This document shows positions 12,839 to 23,929 of a stretch of DNA of 64,000 nucleotides, piece by piece; the first letter of the stretch is position 1; each line of letters starts with the position of its first letter. Made by a program: the position numbers and the translations under genes. The notes below the pieces were generated by a model that worked only from the letters and a program-made list of their open reading frames with translations, had not been told where the DNA came from and made no database searches. Origin of the DNA: Eledone cirrhosa (taxonomy: Eukaryota); assembly GCA_964016885.1 (NCBI GenBank), contig OZ024742.1, positions 72,416,001 through 72,480,000 of the forward strand. The letters run 5' to 3'.

Positions 12839-13184
12839 TGGAACCTGATACTGACAGGGAAGGGATTGACTAAATATATGTGATGTCTCCTGATTTTCAG
12901 TACCATTCAACAATTGAGGTTCTCAGTCACAATTCCTTCATAACATCATGTGATAGAACTGGAAGAAAGCAAGAAAGAAATAACAGAAAAGATTTAATTT
13001 ATGATAAAGTTATGTGTGTGTGGGGGGGGGGGGGCATTTATACATATATATAGATAGATAGATTTAATTCTGAGTAAACCAAGGTTCTTAAATTAAATCC
13101 ATCTTTAATCTCAACAATTGTTTTTATACAGACGAGAGTCGTATAAATACACACAATGAACCTATCTGTTACAATTAATAATCA

Positions 13185-14010
13185 TTTACTAAATTTAGCC
13201 AAAACTAAAGTGCTAGTGAGTAGGACCCTGATTCCTCCAGGGAAGTGGCCCTGTTAAATATGTAGAAAAGGAGTAGGCATAAACTCCATATGATGTACAC
13301 AATGTAAATCTTGGGTACACAAGAGATATAGTGGGATAATGGGTAGACTAACAGGAAGGGAAGCCTTTGTATGAAGATGGCAGGAGTAATCGAGAGGAAG
13401 CATATCAGTGATATAAACCTTTTCCAGTCACAGGAAGGGCCCATAGAAGTGATTGATAGGTTCTATCTAGAAGATTTAAGTAGAAGAATTGGAGGACGGT
13501 GTGATGAGAGCATAATAACTAAAATAAGGATAGAGAGCTACTCCCACTGTTAACCACAAAAGGTTTCTCCCTACGTACAAAAGGACGACTATATGATGCC
13601 TGTGTGCAATATGCGATGTTGTATGATAGTGAGACATCGGCAGTGACTGCAGAAAACATGCGTAGACTGGAGAGAAACAAAGCAGCCATATGAAAGAAAG
13701 GCAGAGCTTGGATGAACTGAGGGAGAAACTAAGTTTAAGAGGAATCTGAGGTGGTGTGCAGGAGAGAAGACTGCATTGGTATGGGCATGAATGATGATTG
13801 ATGTATGAAGAAGTGCCAGGAAATGCCAGTGGAAGGAAGCTGCAGTAGAGGTAAACCAAAAAAGACCTGGGCAGAGGTGGTGAGAGCTGACCTCAAATTG
13901 CTGAGACTTACAGAGGAGAAGATGGAACACTGAGTGGAGAGATGCTATGCTGAGAAGGATCTGTCCAACCCATGCAAACATGGTAAAAATGGATTTAAAA
14001 CGATGATGAT
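13185..14010 (+). mobile_element. Decayed RTE LINE 3' fragment
   Basis: Remnants of LAKTKVL, PHD, RLYDACV and RRLHWYGH; (GAT)n tail. Confidence 0.8.
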
Positions 14011-14455
14011 AGTATTAATCTTCAAATGCATGTCATCTGGAGTCAGAAAGAAAGGGTTAATTTATCACATCAAACAGCAAGAATATAGGCAAACTGAAAG
14101 AACGCAGAGACGATAATCAAGCTTATAAATGGCATACAGAGTAAAGAAGTATTATTAAGCTTATGATGCACATAGTCATATAGATGATGATGATATATAT
14201 ATACATCTATATATATAGATCAAATGAAGCAACAGAATAAAGGACTCGCATTGTTCCCTGTAATATAATGGGCTCAAGGAAAATTTTCTGGGCTCTTCAA
14301 AATATATAGGAGAATACATGAAAAGAATATGTGTTTTTTCATTACAGGATGTATGTAACCACCAAAGTGAAAGGCATATAAACTGCAAAAGGTACAGGAA
14401 AAATATAATCAAACAGATTAATAAAATGGAAAACATACCTCCTATATATAAATAT

Positions 14456-16200
14456 CATCATCATCATCGCTTAACATCTACTTTCCATGTTTGCATAGGT
14501 TAGACAGCTGTCTCATGCTGAAGCCAGACCGGTCAGGTGACAAGGTCCTGCTAGTATGCTTTGTTTTGGCTTGATTTCTATGGCTGGATGCCCTTTCTAA
14601 CACCAACCATTTTACAGCGTACACGAGGAGCATTTTATCACGATTCTGGTACTATCACTTTACAGGGTGGACTGGGTGCTTTTGCCTTCACATTGTTTTT
14701 CTTTGCTTGAAAGGATCAAATGAATATTTTTCCAGTACATCTCCACTTCATTTGTTGCATTCTTTCATCTTCCTTGTGAGGTTCAGCATTTTGAGGTCAG
14801 CTCTAACCACTTCCACCCAGGTCTTCCTGTGCTGCAGCTTCTGACATTTTTTCCTCAATGATCATCATCTATGTGCATTATGAGTCCATGCCAATACAAT
14901 CTTTTCCTTTGCATACTACACCCAATTTTTCTCTCAACTCCGCCAGAATTTTACTTCTAACTCTTCTACATATTCAGCTAATTCATCATAATACAAGTTT
15001 CCATATGCAACTATATGGCTTGAAGAACAATGATAAACAGGAGGGAAATGAGGAATGAACCCTAATGGATGCCCACCTGCTCTCCAAATTCATCACTGTA
15101 CTCATTGCCAACACTCACCTTGCTGATTGTACTCTATACATGGCTTGTACTGCCTTCACAAGCCATCTAGCTACACGTAGCTTCATAAACACCCATCAGA
15201 TTATGGAGCAGAGAACTCTGTCAAAGGCCTTCTTCAGATTCACAAATGCTAGGAGTTAGAGGCATATTCTTAGCTAAGTACTTTTGCAGTTGTCCAACAA
15301 AGAGGGCATCAGTTGTACCCTTACCTGGCATAAAGTTGAACTGCCTCTCATTGACCTTAATTACATCCTTATTTAATTGTGTTATTACCCTTTCAATAAT
15401 TTTCATGACCTGATTTATTAATTTTATGCCTCTCTGGTGTGTCTTCTTTGCCCTTGTAGCAGTTTACAGGGACACTGCTGTAGCAGTCATAGAGTATGAC
15501 ACCATCCTGTATTACTTGATTGAGTATGCACATGACTAACATGTAACCAACCAGGTAAGATGTTTTTAGAATCTCAGCAACTATAACAGATGGTCCAGCT
15601 GCTTTCCTTAACTTCATATCCTTAATCACTTTGTCTATCATACTGCATTGGATCTACATGGGGTAGGCCCACACTCTCCCTTTTAATTCTCTTTGTTCAA
15701 CAATCTCTCATAATAGGAATTCCATGCCTCTTTCTTCTTAGCATCAGTCAAGAATATGTGCTCCACTATCATTCCTATAACACTTTTCCCCAACAATGTC
15801 TCAATTTTTTCTAACACACTGTCCCATTTCATACCTTTGATCTTTGCATCATAGAACACAACCCAAACTTTTTCCTTTTTGCTTCTCTCCTCATTACGTA
15901 CAAGTGATACCTAGCCTCTTTGCTAGCTATTTAGTAGTATACGCTGCTCGCTTATTTCTTTCTAGTCTTTCCAAGCCTGTCTCTTTTCTTTTATGGCTCT
16001 GTCTACCCTATCATTCCAGCACTACATCACTCCTCATATAGTTGGCCCTTTGATCTAGTCACAAACCTTGTCTGTAACCATAAGAAGTTTGTAGGAATTC
16101 ATAATTTTGCTCCATGTTATAGGTCTCCATCTCCTCTTATATTTGGTCGTAGGTGTAAAGTAAGACTTATCTGAATATGCTCCCAGTTCTTTCAGTTCCA
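14456..16200 (-). mobile_element. Decayed RTE LINE and RTE-tail fragments
   Basis: ORFs 15393-15641 (KAAGPSVIVAEILK..CYKGK) and 15221-15406 (FMPGKGTTDALF). Confidence 0.8.
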
Positions 16201-18340
16201 TGTCTTTCTTCTCCAGATTTTGCATCCACTTTTCCAAGTTAGCATGGGTTGAACAGGTCTTTTCTAGCATGTGTGTGTGTATATGAATATGCATGTATGT
16301 ATATATATGTAAATATATATAGATATGGGTAACATTTAGGTCCTCCCTCGCCTCTCCCAGTGTACTGCCAGATATCATTCACTCTCTTGAAGGCCATGCC
16401 CTATAACCCATCACCACCACGGGCTTTCCCAGCTTGGCTGATGACACACTGTGTGACCTTACTATTGTAAAGGGGTCGTGTTGGTGCCATGATAAAATGC
16501 GCCCAGTCTATTCTATACAATGGTGGTGCTGGTGCCACAATAAAACACACACTGTAAAGTGGTTGATATTAGCAAGAGCATCCAGTCATAGAAACTATCC
16601 TAAAATGGAATGTATGAGCAAGGCATGGTCATCTGACCTATCAAATCTCCCAACTTGACAACCCATCTAACCATGTCAGTATGGAAAATAGATGTAAAAC
16701 AGTGATGATGATGATACACACACAATTTTATTTCCTTATTACATTAAATATGTGAGCACTAAATTAATTATAGCTTTTTCACGCAGATGGTGTGTAAGAG
16801 TAATCTATTCTTTGAATTCTTCTAGTTTTCTGCGTCTACAAATTAGTATTTTTATGACCATTAATTTAGCAAGTGCCGTGAAGGCTGTAATTCGCTGAGG
16901 GAGTTTAATAAATTCGAAACACGCCCAGAGTTATCTCCTAAACTCAAAATAATATTATTCAACGTTTAAATTTTTTGTTTGTTTTTTCTTCACATCAGAA
17001 TTATTTTTAATTTACATGTGCATACCAAATAAACTACACACAGCTGCACTAATGTACACATACATACATATATAACCTCTCTCACACCAACAAGATTCTT
17101 TTTATTTATGAGCGGTGGATTGACAGAATTGATAGAGCGTCGGACAAAATGCCATGTGATATTCCTTCCGTCTTTACGTTCCGAGTTCAAATCCCGCCAA
17201 GTTCAACTCATCATTGATGAAGTAAAGTACCAGTCGAGTACTATGGGTCGATATAATTACTGGCCTTGTACCTAGAGGCAGTACTAACAACTGTTGTAGA
17301 CCCTTATGAATTTGATATGAGCTTTGTATGTTTGAAATGGAGTTCGAAAATTAATATTGTCGATATTAATATAATTATGTGATAGGTTGACTTTGCCTTT
17401 CATCCTTACGGGGTCGATAAAATAAAGTACCAGTAATGCACTGGGTATTTGCTGGCCTTGTGCCTAAAGTAGAAACAAGTATAACTTAGAATAGTAATGT
17501 ATAATACAGTACGGTAACGTAATAGAGTTCAACATAGTGTGGTAATGTAGAATGTATAGTAAATAGTACGAAGAAAGTCTAAATACAAAATGGAACACAC
17601 TCTGGGGTAAAATATGCGGTTGCATATCCTTTCCAACAGTGCAACAAGTGTGTACATTTGTGTTGCGATAAAAATGGGAGAGATACAAATAGAAGTTGTC
17701 GTTTAGTCCTAAGTCTGCCCCGATACAGAAGACTTGTTATCATCAAAGGTATCCCAAACTGACTAATCCAGTTTTGACAACCGATCGAAATTATATAAAG
17801 TGAAAGTGGACCCCTATATTCAAGGATTAAAAAACAATCTATTTAACACGACATTTATACAACGTGTTTATTCTGATGTTCGCGCTGATGTTTGGTTAGT
17901 GAGAGATGTTTGGTTAGTAGCTCTAGCGGGTAGAGCTACGTTGGGTTGAAGAGTAGATGTAGAAAGGACGTTTTAAAAAAAGGAAGGGGTAAGAAGGGAA
18001 AGAAAAAAATAGTTAATGACAGAGTGTTAGGTGTGCGATAGGTATACAGGAAAGAGGTGAGGAGGAAGAGATGAGGAGGAAGAGGTGAAAGCTAGTGACA
18101 TCGAGGGTGACAGAGATGCAAACAAATAGTTGAGAATGAGGGGGGGGGGGGTGAAAGATAAAACAGGGAGAAATGAAGAGATGAGAGATAAAGCGAATGA
18201 ACTCTCAATTATGTTATTGAGTGTGTAAGCGAAACACAATTAGAGAGGATGCGACAAACATAGAACAGCGAGTGAAAGCTGATAGAAAGAAATAATGAGC
18301 GTGGTCTGACTTGAGACAGAAAATACTGAATGAACCTTAC

Positions 18341-18545
18341 CTGAAGATAAACACTGGCGTGTCCATTGGTGAAAGAAGCTGTCTGAATTACTTCTCTGTT
18401 TTCTATAATGTATCGAGCAGGCATGTGACCCACAGAACAACCTAATATGAAAAGCAGGCGAAATGGTGAAAAAGAATGAGAGAAAGGTGTGCACATGAAA
18501 CTAAAGGTCTTGATTGAGTAGTGCCTGGTGGACACAAGTTGCTTT
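18341..18545 (-). other. Probable first (leader) exon of the C9orf72 transcript
   Basis: Strong donor CAG|GTAAGG at 18341/18340; unique CpG-containing sequence immediately downstream of an ETS motif; TSS not determinable. Confidence 0.6.
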
Positions 18546-18590
18546 GATCGTCACTTCCGGTCCGGTCTCGTTTTCCTCTGACCTGTAACA
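18545..18590. promoter_or_regulatory. Candidate bidirectional promoter (ETS/GABP motif and TOP-like pyrimidine tract)
   Basis: CACTTCCGG at 18552-18560 followed by CTCGTTTTCCTCT on +. Outward-facing splice donors at 18340 (-) and 18834 (+, GCG|GTAAGT). Confidence 0.55.
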
Positions 18591-19939
18591 TCCGCTGTTG
18601 ACTAATTACTTCAAGTTTGTGTCACTAATGACTGCAACAATTGGTTTGTCTCCTTGTAATCGCTGATGCCTATTCTATTTTGCCTCCACCCCCTCTACTT
18701 TCTGTCTATTTTCATTTACTTGAGTCAATAGTATCTTTTGTGAGATTTAGGTGATTGCTGGATTTAAAAATACATTGATTTCGTTTTATATTTGTTTTTT
18801 TAATTAAATTAGTAGTCTTAATTGGCGACCGCGGTAAGTTTTTCGAACAAAACTTGGGAATCTTCGACAATAGATCACAAAATAAGAAAACGAAAATATC
18901 TCGTACGATTCACCTGATTCATTGTGTATATACACTTCAGGGCTAGAGTTTGGGTTTGGATTAGGGTTCTCACGTCGTACCGTGCTTATATCATTATCAA
19001 CACTGTTTAACGTCTATTTTCCATGATTGCATGAGTTAGACAGATTGTCAGGTCACCATGTGTTGCTCATACACTCCGTTTTGGGCTTGGTTTTCTACGG
19101 CTGGATACCCTTCCTAACGCCAACGTGTATTTAAAACTTTTTTCACCGTCTTACAAAATGAACTTGGAGCTTTTTGCGTGACACCAGCTCGACCACCATC
19201 ACCTTTCAATGTGAATTGGGTGCTTTTTATTGTGCACGCCCGGCTTACACGGTGAAATCGGTGTTTTTTTTTTTTGCGTGGCACGACCATCTTACATGGT
19301 GGACTGTGCTTTTTGTTGTGGCGCCATCACTACTATTTACAAGCTGCACTGTGTATTGTATCATATCACCAGTGTTACTTCGTTGTGTCCTTGGCTCTGC
19401 TGGGGAGGCAATGATGAGAGAGCAAGCATCAGGCTGCATGTTGCTTTCTAAAGGGCAGCATCCCATAATGGGAGAGCAAGTGTGATGCATGAGTTAAATA
19501 GGAAAGGTGTATTATGGGTGTGAAAGGGGGTTGGAGAGCAGATCATCATCATCGTCAAATGTCTATTTTACATGCCTGCATGGTCCAGATAAGGTGCCAT
19601 GCTCTGAGAGTAGGCCAGACAGGTAACCTCATCTAGTTCATATGTTCGTTTTGACACCCACACCTGATGCCCTTCTCGACCCCATCCAAGCATTTTATTG
19701 TGGTACGAGGTGGGGCATGCCCAGCTTTCTATGTTGGTATAAGTTGGATGTTGAAAGAGGATATGTCCATCTTTATATGTTGGCATGGAGAGGAGCAGTT
19801 TTTCCATGATAAAAAGATTTAGACAAGCGAGGTGGGGATAAGATGGGGCACTTAACTAGTGAAGGAAGTGGGGTAGGAGGGTATTAAGATGGGAGAAGGT
19901 GTATGAGGGAGATTAGTGTAAATTGGCAGATGGGGTCTA

Positions 19940-20720
19940 AATGTCAACCCACTTCTCCACTTCATTACTACCATTCTCTCCATGCTCATTTCATCCTGTA
20001 CACATGAGAAGGCAGGTCCTCAGTAGCATGGCTTGTCACCAGGCAACTCAATTCTGTGTCATCTCCTTGAGGCTTAATTGCTAATGATCAGCTTTTACCA
20101 CATCATCCCAAGTTTTCCTAGGTAATCCTCTTCCATAGCTACCATCAACTTCAAGTGGCCTACACCTTTTTATTCAGCTGTCACCGTCTATATATATCAC
20201 ATATTCATACTTTCGCAGTCTCTTCTCCTGCACACTACATCTGACCCCAGTTTCTCTCTCAGTTCATTGATACTTCATTGCTTATGCACTTCGAATGGTG
20301 CCTGCATACCTCATTTCTTTCTAATCTTTATGGGTCCTCTGCACACAAAGCCTAAGTCCCACTTCCATTCAGCACTGCCATCCACAAACATGCGTCATAC
20401 AATCTGCTTTCACTTTCAGAGGAAAACCTTTGTAGCCAACAATTGTAATAGCTCCCTGAAATTTTTCCCTCCCATTTTCATTCTGGCTACTGAACTTTCA
20501 GAACACCCATCTCTGCTGCTAATTTGGTCACCCAGATAACTATCAACTATTTCCAGGGATTCATCTGAGCATTTGTAGAGCTTGTTTCATGTAAGCTCTT
20601 GCTGCTTACTGGTCCTATACATCAACTACATAAAAAGCCTTCTTTGCTAGCCTGCCTGAGATACTGCTATATCTCTTGTGTACCCATAGTTTACTTTACT
20701 AGAATGGAATTTCTACCTAC
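19940..20720 (-). mobile_element. Decayed RTE LINE 3' fragment
   Basis: Minus strand remnants YLGDQISSRDGCSESSVAR, KGFPLKV, GR..RKTWDDV. Confidence 0.75.
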
Positions 20721-21006
20721 TTTTTTTTAAACAAGAAGCCTGAAGAGAATTCCATAAACGAGATGTGCAAGGGAAGAAACTACCAGAATATTGTATAGTT
20801 TTGTTCGTTAATGCTTTCATTTACTGAGTGCTTTCAATTTGTGTTTGTAATAAGTTAGACATAAACTCAGAATTTTTATTATCATGTTTTCCAATTTCAT
20901 GATGATAATTATTAATATCAATCAAGAGAATGTCAAATTTTCTACAGAAAAATGTCATTTCTACAACAATTAATTGTTATAGAAATGACAAACACTTTAT
21001 ATAATA

Positions 21007-22196
21007 CTAGCAGATTTACCCGGCGTTGCTCGGGGTTTCAAATTATGCTAAGAATATACAGCTAGGAAGTAAAAAAAGAACATTATTTGTCCCTAACCTG
21101 TCAAAATAAGCAGAAGTCTTCAATAATTAATGCAAACGAATATTTAGTGCAATCTTTGTACACATAAAACTATGCTGATAATGAAAGAAAACATTGAAGA
21201 GGATGTAGTTATACAAATGATTAAAGACAATACACGTTGCAAATCTGTAAAAAAACAGGCAGTTTTGCTAAAGTACAAAAAGTTGTAATGAAAGCAGAGT
21301 TGTGTACAAACAAAAAAACAATGAGAGTAGAATAAGAGAAAATCTATTCTTTGAGAGCATCCTTTGCTGTGTATGGTTAAATTTTGAACTTATAATCCAA
21401 AATATCCTGCATGATATATTCATTGGTATGTTTTGTAATGAGTAAGGTGAAGTCAAGGCAGAGCTGTAATAAGTTTTTTTGTTAACACTAAAGCACTTCA
21501 GGATAGATGATATTCTTTGTTTTTCTTTTCGGAACAAACGCAAAGAGATTATCTCGACTGCCAACTCGTGAGCAGGCAACGTAGAATTGTCCGTGCGAAA
21601 AGCAAGGTTCATCCAAGTGAATTCCAGCAACGGACAGAGTTTGACCTTGCGACTTGTTTATGGACATCGCAAAGGCAACACGAAGGGGAAATTGGGTTCG
21701 GCGAAAGGAGAAGGGGGTATCCACACCTGATGTAGTCAGGCTAATTTTTGTTATCACATCCTCGCCTTTTCCACATCCGGATAAAATGGTAGCGTCAATA
21801 CAAAGTGGAGACAGTTTTTTAACCACAAGGTGTGTACCATTGCATAGTTTTGGAGGAGTGATATTTCTCAGCAAAATAACTGGTGTTCCCTCTTTCAGAA
21901 CCAATGTATTAGGAGGTAAACCAATTTCTGAAAAGTTGGTTATCTCCCTTTTTTATAAGGATTGTCAATAAAGTTTGTTATCTCCATTACATCAATTTTT
22001 CTACCAATAATTTTGATATCGATTTTTTATTGCTCAACGTGGGTCGATTTGAAAAATGTTTGTGGTGTGACAATCTTAGCGACCTGTGCAACGTGCACAG
22101 AAAATTTGGTCAAATTCAGTTGGTAATTGTGAAAGCCTTATGCATGCAAAGTTGTACACAGACACACACACATCCTCGCTTTTATATATATAAAGA
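21007..22196 (-). mobile_element. Internally deleted Helitron with Pif1-helicase C-terminal fragment
   Basis: A|TC start at 22196 and 3' hairpin CCCGAGCAACGCCGGG plus CTAG|T at 21007. ORF 21488-21904: LLRNITPPKLCNGT...RTQFPLRVAFAMSINKSQGQTL...FSHGQFYVACSRV. Confidence 0.93.
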
Positions 22197-22418
22197 TAGT
22201 GGGAGTATTTTATCATGACTCCATCACTAGCACCTCAGAAGGTGGACTGGGTGTTTATTGTCGTGACACTAACACTACTACCTTACAGGTCGGACTGGAT
22301 GCTTTTCACCATAGCACCAGCACTTCCATGGGGTGGACTGGGTGTATTTTATCATGGCACCAGCACTACCGCTTTACAGAGTGGGCTAGGTACATTTTAT
22401 AGCACCAGTGAATCATAA

Positions 22419-22524
22419 TGTACAGCTCAATATCCAATCTTTGTTGATTATGCTACTTCTTGCAAATAAGGCTGATGGTTGTATCACTTACTCTCTGTTG
22501 TGGGTTCGGTTAGTTGTAACATAT
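22419..22524 (+). ncRNA. Weak H/ACA snoRNA candidate
   Basis: AAATAA H-box-like hexamer, GU-rich hairpin (ACTTAC/GTGGGT) and ACA at 22519-22521, about 115 nt before the acceptor at 22639. Confidence 0.25.
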
Positions 22525-22792
22525 CCTAGCCACTGAAACGGTTTCAGAATGTGGGCTGGCGGCCTGTGGCAATACCACTGAGTTTTAGTTCTGCAATATT
22601 ATATTTTCATGATTTTTTAAATAATTTATTGGCTTTCAGATGTATACAAAGTTTTGACCGTACCAGAGTGCATTTTTCCTGTTTGCTTATTGATATTTTA
22701 AAAGGATTAGTATTATACATATATTTATTACTGTTTTAGAAATAACATGAAAAGCTGATTTACTTTGTATTTTTTTTTTTTATTTAAAAATT

Positions 22793-22908
22793 GTCCTTTA
22801 TTTTTATATGCAACTATGTGTAGAACTAGTTCCGGAAAGCATAACTCTCTTGTGTCACCTGTGTCGTATATCATGCAGATCTACAGCTAGAAGAGAGCTA
22901 TGACAAAT
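22793..22908 (+). ncRNA. H/ACA box snoRNA candidate
   Basis: Hairpin, H box AAAGCA (22836-41), second hairpin with lower stem CATAACTCTCTT/AAGAGAGCTATG and upper stem CTGTG/TACAG, then ACA-AAT (22903-08). The pocket is 16 nt from ACA. Confidence 0.55.
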
Positions 22909-22964
22909 GTAGCTATAGTTATCATTAGGTCTAGAATTGGAATTGATGAGTTAATATCTGTATA

Positions 22965-23280
22965 CAACAACTACAACGGTATGCGATGGGGCCCACCCAC
23001 AGCCCCGGCGGACAGAATGGAGAAGGTGTTTCCCCGGAGGACTGCAAGGGAGACGCGCTGGAAAAGCCACTCCAACTCGCAGGGCTCACACCTGCGGCTG
23101 GCCAGCTCAGCGCCTATGGCGGTGAGTAAGGAGGTAGCTCTTGGGCCGAGGACACCAGAAGTCTCCACTGCCAGGGGTATGACCGCAAACCTGTTGGAGA
23201 GCGACCGGTATTTGAGGAGTTTGACCCCCTCAGCCCGACGTGCAGCAGAACCTGGGCCAGTCGCAGTGCACCAGGTTGCG
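22965..23280 (-). mobile_element. CRE-clade (RLE-type) non-LTR retrotransposon C-terminal fragment
   Basis: AARRAEGVKLLKY...IPLAVETSGVLG...LFQRVSLAVLRGN is the typical RLE C-terminus; markedly GC-rich relative to the flanks. Confidence 0.8.
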
Positions 23281-23929
23281 GTTAGGTTTACTTCGTGGAA
23301 GTCAAAAGAGAACAATATATAAATTACCGGAGATACAGAGTTTGTTGATGTTTCAGGTAGCTGAATGGATTGAGACCAAAGTATGTGCTGGAGTTTGTTC
23401 TTGGAGAGAGAAGGCTCTTAACGTGTTCACTGGAGTAATTTGGTATTTGCCTCCACACGTGTCTTGGGAGAAATTGGCTCCGATCTCCAGGGCTGCTACA
23501 TCGCTAATCAGAGTGAAGGAGCGAAAAGAGAGAGAGAATGTCCTGGCGGTCTCAATATATAGTCCCAATGAGGACGTAACTCTGATTACTTCTTGTAGAT
23601 GACACTAGGGGTCACTACTGTCCCCAAGGAACGTAACTCTTATAAGTTCTGGGTTCCACCGCTAGGGGTCACTACAATATAAAGTCATGTCACCAACTAC
23701 CTTTTAAATCATTGTGTACTCTCAATTATCACATATTTTGCTTAAATGGACTAAATTGTATTGTCTAAATTCATGTATGTTTATCTACAATATAACTCCT
23801 GGCAGGTGTCTCGATTTATCCTCTCCCAGTAGAACATGCAGAAGGTATTTTTCATTACCCTTCTCAATTATTATTTCATTCCTTTGTCTATTCCTGATCA
23901 ATTTATATACAAATCATTTGTGATGTCAG

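Noticed and set aside
12914-12958. Selenocysteine read-through extending the small ORF upstream (in-frame TGA at 12925 and 12940)
   Set aside because: Two TGAs, no SECIS seen and no homology; more simply 5' UTR with tiny uORFs.
13022-18151. C9orf72-type GGGGCC intronic repeat
   Set aside because: Only poly-G runs (13022-34, 18140-51) on the antisense strand; no hexanucleotide repeat.
18939-18968. Interstitial telomeric repeat
   Set aside because: Only one exact TTAGGG among degenerate units.
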